Shown here one piece after another: positions 37,012 through 45,895 of a stretch of DNA of 64,000 nt. How positions within the stretch are numbered: the first letter of the stretch is position 1; each line of letters starts with the position of its first letter. Under the pieces are notes generated by a model. That model was not told the DNA's origin. It ran no database searches and saw only the letters and a list, made by a program, of their open reading frames with translations. This DNA comes from Gemmatimonadales bacterium (lineage in GTDB: Bacteria > Gemmatimonadota > Gemmatimonadetes > Gemmatimonadales > GWC2-71-9). The stretch spans positions 320,001 to 384,000 of the forward strand of contig JBBCJC010000003.1 in assembly GCA_037189525.1 (NCBI GenBank). The letters are read 5' to 3'. Both the position numbers and the translations under genes were made by a program.

Positions 37012-38064
37012 ATGCGTGATTGGATCGAGCTGATGCGGAACTGGTCGGGGGACGAGGTCGTCGTCCGATACGATCGCGCCGCCGATGCCTGGATGTTCAT
37101 TGCGGTGCATGCGGCCATCGGGACCCGCTCGGTCGGCGGCCTGCGGATGAAGGTCTATCCGGACCCGGTCGAAGGCTGGTGGGACGCGGTCCGCCTGGCC
37201 GAGGGGATGACGAACAAATGGGCGGCCATCGACGTGAACTATGGCGGCGGCAAGGGCGTCATTGCGCTCTCCCGGCCGGTCGAAGGCGAAGAGCGTACGG
37301 CCTTACTCCGGCGCTTCGGCCGGATGATCGCGTCGCTCAACGGTCGCTATGGAACGGGCCCCGATATCGGGACCACACCCGCCGATATGGCGCTCCTCGC
37401 CACCGAGACGCGCTACGTCCACTGCTATGACTGGACCCGGAACGAACCCTACGATCCCGGGATCTACACGGCGCTCGGTGTATTCGTCGGGCTCAAGGCG
37501 GGCTGGCGCTTCGTGACGGGGTCCGACGATCTCCGCGGCGTGCGGGTCCTGGTCCAGGGCGTGGGCGATACCGGCGCTCCGTTGGCCCGCTCGCTCAAGC
37601 AGGCGGGCGCCACCGTACTGCTCAACGACATCGACGGCAGGAAAGTAGCGGCGCTTGCTGCGGAGCTCGACGCCGAGATCGTGCCGGTCGAACGGACCTA
37701 TGCGGCCGACATGGATATCTATGCGCCGTGTTCCGTGGGGGCCACGCTCGACGAAACCACCATTCCCGGCCTCCGCTGCCGGCTGATTGCCGGCGCCGCC
37801 AACAATCAGCTGCGTGCGGCGGAAGACGGCGAACGGCTGCTGGCTCGCGGCATCACCTATCTGCCGGACTACGTCATCAACGGCGGCGGCGCGGTATCGC
37901 TCGCGATGGTCGATGAGGGGGCGGACTTCCCGGCCATCGAAACCGAAATCGGGAAGATGGATGCGCGGATCACCGGCATCCTCGAGGAGGCGCGGCAGCG
38001 GAACGAATCGCCGGTGCATGCGGCGGACCGCATGGTGGCCAGGCGGCTCGCGTCGGTGCGGTAG
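37012..38064 (+). CDS. Glu/Leu/Phe/Val dehydrogenase family protein
   Basis: GGLRM, GMTNK, GGGKGVI, GPDIGT, QGVGDTG, AGAANNQL, PDYVINGGG; SD GGAG. Confidence 0.92.
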   Translation: MRDWIELMRNWSGDEVVVRYDRAADAWMFIAVHAAIGTRSVGGLRMKVYPDPVEGWWDAVRLAEGMTNKWAAIDVNYGGGKGVIALSRPVEGEERTALLRRFGRMIASLNGRYGTGPDIGTTPADMALLATETRYVHCYDWTRNEPYDPGIYTALGVFVGLKAGWRFVTGSDDLRGVRVLVQGVGDTGAPLARSLKQAGATVLLNDIDGRKVAALAAELDAEIVPVERTYAADMDIYAPCSVGATLDETTIPGLRCRLIAGAANNQLRAAEDGERLLARGITYLPDYVINGGGAVSLAMVDEGADFPAIETEIGKMDARITGILEEARQRNESPVHAADRMVARRLASVR

Positions 38065-38202
38065 TCGCCGTCGTCCTGCCATCAGATGCGCCGCCACTCG
38101 CACCGGATTGTCCTCCGCTCCCGGCCGAGCACCCGGGCAATGGCTGCAGGCCAGTGCCCGGGTTTCGGAGGACCGAAGCCATCCCTGGTACCTCCAAACG
38201 AT

Positions 38203-38883
38203 TCAACCTCGCGGGGCCTGGCGCGTACCGGGCCAGACCCGCATGGCTTGGTCGGCGACGGCGAGTAGTGTGGCACGCGAAGCGCCATCCTGGGCCATCA
38301 GGGCCATCCCGTGATTGACGCTGAGATAAAAAGCCGCCAAGGCGGCCGCGTCGGTTTCCCGAGGCAGTTCTCCCGAACGAATGCCCGCCCGCAGCTTGCC
38401 CCCCAGTGACTTCTCCACCTTACTCCGGAGCGCCACCATGGCATCGCGGATTTCGTCGGCCCCCTCCGGCAGGTTGATGGCCCCGTTCACCAGCAGGCAC
38501 CCCCGCGGGCGACCGGGCTGGGTAAATCCGCGGGCGGCGCCATGCAGCAGTTCGTACACCGCGTCGCGTGCGGTTGGCGCGCGCTGAATGATGCCGGCTC
38601 CCCCACCGCCATAGACCTCCAGATAGCGCTCAACCGCCGATAAGAAGAGCTGCTTTTTGTCTCCGAACGCGGCATACAGGCTCGGCGGGGCAACCCCGAT
38701 GGCCGAGGTCAGGTCGTTCAGCGAGGTGGCCTCGTAGCCGTGACGCCAGAAGATGAGCATCGCTTTCTCCAGCGCGGCCGCCCGATCGAACGACCAGGGG
38801 CGGCCCCGGCGCCGACCGGTGGACTTGACCGGCGGGTCGACCGCCGCGCTTGGTCCCTTCCGGGTCGCTTTTCCTTCACGCAT
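38203..38883 (-). CDS. TetR/AcrR family transcriptional regulator
   Basis: RGRP..FD...AL..AM..FW..GYEATS..DL...GV..PSLY.AFGDK; RGCL. Confidence 0.92.
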   Translation of the reverse strand: MREGKATRKGPSAAVDPPVKSTGRRRGRPWSFDRAAALEKAMLIFWRHGYEATSLNDLTSAIGVAPPSLYAAFGDKKQLFLSAVERYLEVYGGGGAGIIQRAPTARDAVYELLHGAARGFTQPGRPRGCLLVNGAINLPEGADEIRDAMVALRSKVEKSLGGKLRAGIRSGELPRETDAAALAAFYLSVNHGMALMAQDGASRATLLAVADQAMRVWPGTRQAPRG

Positions 38884-39043
38884 TCCGACTCCTTTGGTCG
38901 AATGGGCCGATGTCGCGCGGACGAAGCGGCTCTGCCTATAATCTTCGAATAGAATATCGATCGCTACGGCATTCTTGACAACGTCTCTCCTTGCGTGTTT
39001 GATTGTTTATCGTTTACTAAATTATCAATGTGAGGAGGAACCG
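38884..39043. promoter_or_regulatory. AT-rich divergent promoter region between tetR and the SDR gene
   Basis: Sharp drop in GC; TTGACA at 38975-38980; SD GAGGAGG before GTG 39044. Confidence 0.55.
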
Positions 39044-39793
39044 GTGGGAAAGCTTCAGGGCAAGGTGGCGCTCGTGACCGGTGGGAGCAGCGGGATCGGC
39101 CTGGCGACCGCCCGGCGCTTCGTGGAAGAGGGGGCGCACGTCTTTATCACGGGACGCCGTCGCGAGGAACTGGATCGGGCGGAAACGCTGATCGGTCGGA
39201 ATGTGACCGGGGTGCAAGGGGATGTTGCCGACCTCGACGACCTGGATCGCCTCTATGCGACGATCGGTGCGGCGAAAGGCGGGCTCGACATCATCGTCGC
39301 GAATGCCGCCTTCGTGGAGTTGGTCACCCTCGAGCAGGCGACAGCTGAGCACTTCGATCGTACCTTCAACGTGAATGCCCGCGGCACGTTCTTCACGGTC
39401 CAGAAAGCGCTCCCGCTGTTACGTCCGAATGCGGCCATCGTACTGGTCGGCTCGGCGGGCCATCTGAAGGGCATTGCTCCGTACACCACCTACAGCGCCT
39501 CGAAGGCGGCGGTGCGCTCCTTTGCGAGAAGCTGGGCGGATGAACTCAAAGGCCGCGGGATCCGGGTGAACAGCATCAGTCCGGGCCCGGTGAACACCCC
39601 GATCTTTGAGGCGCAGAGTCGCAGCGCGACGGAAGCGGAGGCGATGAAAGCACAATTCGCGCAGATGGTTCCGATGGGCAGGATCGGGCGAGCCGAGGAG
39701 ATTGCCGACGCCGTGCTCTTCCTGGCCTCCGACGCCAGCAGCTTCAGTACAGGGGTAGACCTGGTCGCCGACGGGGGATTCACGCAATTGTGA
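39044..39793 (+). CDS. Short-chain dehydrogenase/reductase
   Basis: TGGSSGIG, YSASK, GIRVNSISPG. Confidence 0.95.
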   Translation: MGKLQGKVALVTGGSSGIGLATARRFVEEGAHVFITGRRREELDRAETLIGRNVTGVQGDVADLDDLDRLYATIGAAKGGLDIIVANAAFVELVTLEQATAEHFDRTFNVNARGTFFTVQKALPLLRPNAAIVLVGSAGHLKGIAPYTTYSASKAAVRSFARSWADELKGRGIRVNSISPGPVNTPIFEAQSRSATEAEAMKAQFAQMVPMGRIGRAEEIADAVLFLASDASSFSTGVDLVADGGFTQL

Positions 39794-39842
39794 CGACTGT
39801 GGTGGCCAATCAGATTCGGGAGCAGGCTTCGTCGCCGCGGCG

Positions 39843-40871
39843 TCAGGCGGTTGTGGCAACCCGGCGGCCAAGCGCCTCGGCCACGGCGCGGACTTCTTCG
39901 ACCAGCAGATTGAACTGTTCGGGATAGAGGCTCTGCGCTCCGTCCGACAGCGCTTCGTCCGGACGGACGTGGACTTCGATGAGCAGGCCATCGGCGCCCG
40001 CGGCCACGGCGGCGCGAGCCATGGGGCGCACCAGGTTGCGCCGTCCGGTCCCATGGCTCGGATCGGCCATGACCGGCAGGTGAGAGAGCTGCTTGAGCGC
40101 CGGAATCACGTTCAGGTCGAACACGTTGCGGGTGGTCGCGTCCGCGCCGCGGATGCCGCGTTCGCAGAGGATCACATTGGCGTTGCCCTCGGACATGACG
40201 TACTCGGCCGAGAGCAGCCAGTCTGTCACGGAGGCGGTGGGGCCTCGCTTGAGCAGCACCGGTTTTCCGGCCCGGCCTGCGCGCTTGAGCAGGCTGAAGT
40301 TCTGCATGTTCCGGGCGCCGATCTGGACTACATCGGCCACCTCGGCTACCGCATCGAGGCCGGCATCGTCCATCGCCTCCGTCACGATGAACAGTCCGGT
40401 TTCCTGCCGGGCCAAGTCGAGCAGGCGCAAACCCTCGGCACCGAGACCCTGAAAGGCATAAGGGGAACTGCGCGGCTTGTAGGCGCCCGCGCGAAGGCCG
40501 ACGGCGCCCGCGTTGCGGACGGCGCGGGCCGTGGCGAGGATCTGGTCTTCGGTCTCGACGGAGCAGGGGCCCGCAATGATCGGCAGTTCGTCGCCGCCGA
40601 TGCTGAGGCCGCCGGGCAGCCGGACGACGGTCGGGTCGCTCCGCCAGCTGCGCGCCACCATCCGGTAGGGTTTGCTGAGCGGGACGATCTGCTCGACGCC
40701 CTGGAGGGTGGCAATCCGCGCGCTGTCGATTCGTCCGTCATGGTCGTGCACGGCAAGCGCGCGATTGCCGAGTCCCGAGACGGGAGTGGGCTCGAGGCCC
40801 GCCTCCCGTATCCGTGCAACGACCCGGGCTTCGTCGGCAGGCGCCGCGTCCGCCCTGAACAGAATCAGCAT
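39843..40871 (-). CDS. aroF: DAHP synthase, class I-beta with N-terminal regulatory domain
   Basis: [43 protein letters not shown]. Confidence 0.92.
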   Translation of the reverse strand: MLILFRADAAPADEARVVARIREAGLEPTPVSGLGNRALAVHDHDGRIDSARIATLQGVEQIVPLSKPYRMVARSWRSDPTVVRLPGGLSIGGDELPIIAGPCSVETEDQILATARAVRNAGAVGLRAGAYKPRSSPYAFQGLGAEGLRLLDLARQETGLFIVTEAMDDAGLDAVAEVADVVQIGARNMQNFSLLKRAGRAGKPVLLKRGPTASVTDWLLSAEYVMSEGNANVILCERGIRGADATTRNVFDLNVIPALKQLSHLPVMADPSHGTGRRNLVRPMARAAVAAGADGLLIEVHVRPDEALSDGAQSLYPEQFNLLVEEVRAVAEALGRRVATTA

Positions 40872-40874
40872 CGA

Positions 40875-43800
40875 CTATGCGGCGGCCTTCCCCGCATCCT
40901 GGTCGCCCAGTCGCACGCCCACGATCGTGGAAACGCCCGGCTCCTGCATGGTGACGCCGAAGACGGCGTCGGCCGACTGCATGGTGCGCGGGTTGTGGGT
41001 AATCACCACGAACTGGGTGACGCCCTTGAACTCCTGCAGCAGGTTGGTGAAGCGGCCGACGTTGGAATCGTCGAGCGGCGCGTCCACTTCGTCCATCAGA
41101 CAGAAGGGGCTCGGCTTGGTCAGGTAGATGCTGAACAAGAGCGAGACAGCCACCAGGGTCCGTTCGCCGGAGCTGAGCAGATGGATCCGCTGGGTCTTCT
41201 TACCGCGCGGCGCTGCGTGGATTTCGATTTCGCTCTCGAGCGGATCGTCGGCATTGGCCAGGCGGAGATCGCACTCGCCACCACCGAAGAGCGTCTGGAA
41301 GACCTTGTGGAAGTTGGCCTGCACCGCGGCAAAGGTCTCGAGGAAGAGGGTCCGCGCCGTGCCGTCGATTTCCCGGATGGCCTGGAGCAGGGACTGGCGC
41401 GCGGCAACCAGATCGTCCCGCTGCGAGGTCAGGAACTCCAGCCGCTTCGATTCCTCCGCATGTTCCTCGACGGCCAGCGGGTTGACCGGCCCGATGGACT
41501 CGAGCGCCTGGAGGATCCGGCCCACCTCGGCTTCGAGGGTGTCGCGGTCCAATTCGAGCAGCTCGACCTTCGGGAGCAACTCGTCGAACGGCGCCCGCCA
41601 TTCCGTCTCGATCCGTTCCAGCACCCGGCGGCGCTGTCCGGCCGCTTCAGTGAGGTCCAGTTCCAGCCGGTGGGCTTCTTCGTTCGAGACGTCGAGTTCG
41701 GAACGAAGGGCATGCACCGTCTGCTCGGCTTCACGCAGCGCCGCGGTGGCCGAAGCCAGGGCACCCTCGGCGTTGGCGGAACTCTGCTCGAGTTCTGCCA
41801 GGGCGGCCAGCCGCTCCTGCCGCTGCTCGTTCCACTCGGTGTGCTTGGCCTCGAGGGCCACCGCCTCCAGTTCGAGCGCGCTGATTTCGGTCTGCAGCGC
41901 TTCCGATGCCTGCCGGGCAAGTTCGATCGTCTGATTGGCGCGGGCCAGCCGCTCGGTCGTTGCGCGCAGCTTGGCGGCAACGTGAGCTTCCTCGACCTGC
42001 CAGTGGACCCGGGCCTCGCGGGCAGCTTCCTGCTCGCCTTCGAGCGCGGCGAGCGTCTGCCGCGCCACGCCGATGGCTTCTTCTTCGCTGACCTTGGCGC
42101 GCTCTCCCTCTTCGAGCGCGGCGCCCACTTCGGCCTGGCGTCCCTCGGTCCGGCCGATCCGCTCGGTCAGGCGCTCGAGTCGGGTCCGCGCTTCCTGCCG
42201 TTCCCGCTCCAACGTCATCAGGAGGCGAGTAGCGTCGTCGCGGGCCACCGTGGCCTGGCGTTCCTGCTCACGGGCCTGCTCCATCACCGATTGGGCTTCG
42301 GCGGCCTGGCGCTCGAGTTCGGCCAGCTGTTCCCGGGTGGCGGCAAGGCGTTCGAGAATTCGGTCGAGGCCTACTTGCTGGGCATCGATGTCTTGGGTCA
42401 GCGCTTCGAGTTCGGCACGCCGGCGGATCGGACCGGACGGCGCCGCCGACCCGGCCAGCATCACCGCGCCGGTCCGGCGGCGGAAGACCCGACCGGACGG
42501 ATGCAGAATTTCGGAACCGCCCAGCAGCGTGTCGATCCAGGGAGCTGCCGGACCTTCGGCAGACAAACGACCGGTCAGCGGATGGACCTGGCCATCATGG
42601 CTGCCGGGCACACCGGGCAACAGCACCAGCGCGCCGGGCTGGACCTCGTCGTACCAGGTTCGGATCTCGTCGAGGGCGCTGTCGTCTTTGAGCAGGATGG
42701 CATGCATCCACTCGCCGAGCAGCCGCTCCGCGAGTTCCGCGGCATCCCGGTCGGTCCGGATGAAATCGCTGAGCGGTCCGAGGACCGCATCGCCGAAGCG
42801 CTCGCGGGCGGCGAGGAGGGCCTGGGCGCCGGGGGCCAAGCCCACGCGATCGCGCTCCAACTCCTCCAGCGCCTGCCGGCGGGCCGAAAGCTGGGCAAGC
42901 TGCTCCTCGGCCGACCGGCGCTCACCGCGCTCGGCGGTTTCCCGCTCGCGGGTTTCGGCCACCAGATGGCGGGCCCGATCGGCGGCCGCCGTTGCGATCA
43001 GCGTTTCGTGACCGCGCTGAGTGACCTCCTGCTCGGCCAGCCGGGTTCGCTCTTCGGCGTTGGCGTGGTCCTGGTCGAGTCCGGCGCAGTGGGTCTGCTG
43101 CTGGGTCAGGCCGTCGCGCAGGGAGGCCAGTTCGCCTTCGAGCGCGGCCCGCTCGCCCTCGAGCGTGCGGAGCTGCTGTGCCCGGGTGTGAAGGGCCTGC
43201 TCCAGCTTGCGGACCTCGTCGCGATGCGCTCCAAGCCGCTTGCGGACCTCTTCCTCGGCCTGGGCCCGTTCGACCAGTTGCGCTTTGATCGACTCATGCT
43301 CGGCAAGCGCGTCGGCTTTGTCGGTTTCCGCCTGTTCACGCTCGAGCGCGGCCTGCTCGGTGCGGACGACGGCCTGCTGCCGTTCCTCTTCGTCCCGGTC
43401 CCGCCGGGCGCGGGCATGTCCCAGGCGCTCGGAGGCTACGGCCAGGTCGCCATCGAGTTTGCCCAGCGCGAGCTGCACCTGGGCCAGATCTCGGGAAACG
43501 GTGGCGCGATGCTCCTCGGCGGTGACCCGATCCCGTCCCAACGCTTCCTGCGCTGTCGTAGCGCCGGCCAACTGCTCCCGCAGGTCGGGCAGCACGGCCT
43601 TGAGTTCATCATGCCGCGCCTGCATCCCGCTGACGCGCTCGCTCAGGTCGGCCAGGGTCAGGTGCGCCAGGGTGATCTGGGTCGAGAACTTTTCCTCCGT
43701 CAGCTTCGCATGACGCTCCGCTTTTCCTTTCTGGCGGGCCAGGCTGCGAATCTGCGACTGCACTTCGGCAATCAGATCCTCGAGCCGCTGCAGATCCGTG

Positions 43801-44354
43801 GCCGTTTCGGTCAGGCGGCGCTCGGTCGAATGTTTCCGATCGCGGTAGAGCCCGATGCCCGATGCCTCTTCGAACAGCGACCGGCGCTCATCGGCGCGAT
43901 CCGAGAGCAGCAGGTCGATCATCTTCGCTTCCATCACGACGCCGGCATCGCTGCCGAGGCCGGTGCCGCGCAACAGATCGTTGACGTCGCGGAGACGTAC
44001 CGGACTCTTGTTGACGAAATACTCGCTCTGGCCGGATCGGGTCAGCCGACGGGTAATGACCACCTCACCGAACGCGATCGGCAGCGCGCCGTCCGTGTTG
44101 TCCAGGTAGAGCGAGACTTCGGTGACGTTGATCGGGCGCCGATTGACCGAACCCTGGAAGATGACGTCTTCCATCTTGCCGCCGCGCAGCAAGCGGGCCG
44201 AGGTTTCGCCGAGCACCCAGCGGACGGCGTCTGATACGTTGGATTTGCCGCAGCCGTTCGGGCCGACGATGGCCGTGACGCCGTGATCGAACTCGAGGGT
44301 GACGTGGTCGGCGAAGGACTTGAAGCCGGAGAGTTCCAGCTTGAGCAGTTTCAT
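40875..44354 (-). CDS. smc: Chromosome segregation protein SMC
   Basis: GFKSF, GPNGCGKSN, coiled coils with hinge, LSSGE, FCLMDEVDAPLD, ITH. Confidence 0.96.
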   Translation of the reverse strand: MKLLKLELSGFKSFADHVTLEFDHGVTAIVGPNGCGKSNVSDAVRWVLGETSARLLRGGKMEDVIFQGSVNRRPINVTEVSLYLDNTDGALPIAFGEVVITRRLTRSGQSEYFVNKSPVRLRDVNDLLRGTGLGSDAGVVMEAKMIDLLLSDRADERRSLFEEASGIGLYRDRKHSTERRLTETATDLQRLEDLIAEVQSQIRSLARQKGKAERHAKLTEEKFSTQITLAHLTLADLSERVSGMQARHDELKAVLPDLREQLAGATTAQEALGRDRVTAEEHRATVSRDLAQVQLALGKLDGDLAVASERLGHARARRDRDEEERQQAVVRTEQAALEREQAETDKADALAEHESIKAQLVERAQAEEEVRKRLGAHRDEVRKLEQALHTRAQQLRTLEGERAALEGELASLRDGLTQQQTHCAGLDQDHANAEERTRLAEQEVTQRGHETLIATAAADRARHLVAETRERETAERGERRSAEEQLAQLSARRQALEELERDRVGLAPGAQALLAARERFGDAVLGPLSDFIRTDRDAAELAERLLGEWMHAILLKDDSALDEIRTWYDEVQPGALVLLPGVPGSHDGQVHPLTGRLSAEGPAAPWIDTLLGGSEILHPSGRVFRRRTGAVMLAGSAAPSGPIRRRAELEALTQDIDAQQVGLDRILERLAATREQLAELERQAAEAQSVMEQAREQERQATVARDDATRLLMTLERERQEARTRLERLTERIGRTEGRQAEVGAALEEGERAKVSEEEAIGVARQTLAALEGEQEAAREARVHWQVEEAHVAAKLRATTERLARANQTIELARQASEALQTEISALELEAVALEAKHTEWNEQRQERLAALAELEQSSANAEGALASATAALREAEQTVHALRSELDVSNEEAHRLELDLTEAAGQRRRVLERIETEWRAPFDELLPKVELLELDRDTLEAEVGRILQALESIGPVNPLAVEEHAEESKRLEFLTSQRDDLVAARQSLLQAIREIDGTARTLFLETFAAVQANFHKVFQTLFGGGECDLRLANADDPLESEIEIHAAPRGKKTQRIHLLSSGERTLVAVSLLFSIYLTKPSPFCLMDEVDAPLDDSNVGRFTNLLQEFKGVTQFVVITHNPRTMQSADAVFGVTMQEPGVSTIVGVRLGDQDAGKAAA

Positions 44355-44437
44355 GAGATATCCGGATGGAGCGTTCGCGTTCGTACGGGGGCGCCCGTAG
44401 CGAAGGGCAGAAAATAGCCGGGCGGGGGAGCTTCGGG

Positions 44438-45895
44438 CTACTGTTTGAAGGGCGGATTCGTGAGGATGAAATACGGTCGGCCGAGCCGGCGTCCGGTCTC
44501 TTCCGCGAGGGGGCGGTTGCCATAGGGTCCGACCACGACTCGATACCCCTCGTCGTCGGAGGTCGGGTCCAGCACCCGGGCAGGGTAGCCGGCGGCTACT
44601 AGCTGCTTGGCAAAATCACGGGACCACTCGGCATTCTGGGAGCTGCTCACCTGCAGGTAGAGCCGTTCGGTCGAGACGGCCTGGCTGTCCGAGCGGACCA
44701 GATCGCTATCCTGGGCCACGAGGATCGACTCCGCGACGGCCGCCGCCCGGGTGGCCCGATCCCGGGGAATCCAGGTGGTTACCAGCCAGAAGTCGGCGGC
44801 CCCGCCGTCGATCCGCCCCAGTTCGGGCTGATTGGGGCGGCTCAGGTCGAGGGTGACCAAATCGCCGTCACGCCGTACCAGAACGGTGCTGCCTCCCGCC
44901 ACGGTGGGCAGATCGGTGTCCCAGTCGGTCCGGATCGTGGCCGTCAGCCGGCCGGTGGCCAGATCGACGATCCAGGCGCTGTCGCTCGATTCGGCCTGGG
45001 CCAGCAGCCAGCGCCCCGATCCATCCGTCCTGAGCCGACGCGGGGTCCCGGGAAGGGAAATGGTCGACAGCCGGTCCTGGCCGTACCGGTCGAACACCTC
45101 GATCGAACTGTCGTCGTGCGCGATATAGATCCGATGACCCGACGGGCTGAAGGAGACGTGTCGCGCGGGTGCGCTGGCGCGAATGCTGGTGACCCGGAAC
45201 GGATCACTGGTCTGGTAGAGCTTGACCTCGCGCCCGTCCGGAATGGCAACCAGATCGGCCCAGTAGCTCGCGGTCGGTTCGCCGTCGCCAACATCCGTGC
45301 TGTGCAGGGACCGGTCCGAACTCATCACCGTCAATTGCCGAGGCGTACTCCCGAGGACTGCCACGTATCGGTCGCTCAGTGTCGCGGTCTGGAACACCGG
45401 TTCGACCGGCAGCGGCGTCCGATACGTCACCGGGACGCCGCCCTCGTACCGGCTCACCCGGCGGCCGGCGTTGACGGCGTAGACCGATCCGTCACCCACC
45501 ATCGTCGCGGTTTCCACCCCGGCGGAGCGGGGTCGGAGCGCCCGGGACTCGAGGTCGACGGCGAGCAGGTTTTTCGAGGTGTCGACCAGGTAGAGGAGGC
45601 GGGCCTCGACATTGACGCCCAGGACGCCGCGTATGTTGGGGACGTCGCCCCGGGTGGTCCAAATCGGCTCGCGGAGCGAATCAGGGTGGTAGGCCTCGAC
45701 CACGCCGCTGCGGCGCGGCACCCGGATCAGGGAGACCTGCCCGCCAACCGCCGGCAGATCCGGTGGCGGGGCCGGCGGATCGCGATCGCAGCCGGCGGCA
45801 AACAGAAGGCCCGCGACCAGCGCTGCCGTCTGGATCGCGGGCCCAACGCGGTGCTGCGCTGTCGTCAGAACGTCGGTCCCAAGCTGATGGTCCAC
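44438..45895 (-). CDS. Lipoprotein with beta-propeller-like region and C-terminal SPOR domain (start uncertain)
   Basis: FAAGC lipobox; FSPSG.RIY repeats; YLQVSS...YRVVVGPY SPOR motif. Confidence 0.75.
   Translation of the reverse strand: MDHQLGTDVLTTAQHRVGPAIQTAALVAGLLFAAGCDRDPPAPPPDLPAVGGQVSLIRVPRRSGVVEAYHPDSLREPIWTTRGDVPNIRGVLGVNVEARLLYLVDTSKNLLAVDLESRALRPRSAGVETATMVGDGSVYAVNAGRRVSRYEGGVPVTYRTPLPVEPVFQTATLSDRYVAVLGSTPRQLTVMSSDRSLHSTDVGDGEPTASYWADLVAIPDGREVKLYQTSDPFRVTSIRASAPARHVSFSPSGHRIYIAHDDSSIEVFDRYGQDRLSTISLPGTPRRLRTDGSGRWLLAQAESSDSAWIVDLATGRLTATIRTDWDTDLPTVAGGSTVLVRRDGDLVTLDLSRPNQPELGRIDGGAADFWLVTTWIPRDRATRAAAVAESILVAQDSDLVRSDSQAVSTERLYLQVSSSQNAEWSRDFAKQLVAAGYPARVLDPTSDDEGYRVVVGPYGNRPLAEETGRRLGRPYFILTNPPFKQ

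Noticed and set aside
39969..44234. 1421-aa plus-strand ORF
   Set aside because: Antisense shadow of smc and aroF; high-GC codon bias removes stops on the opposite strand; no recognisable motifs.
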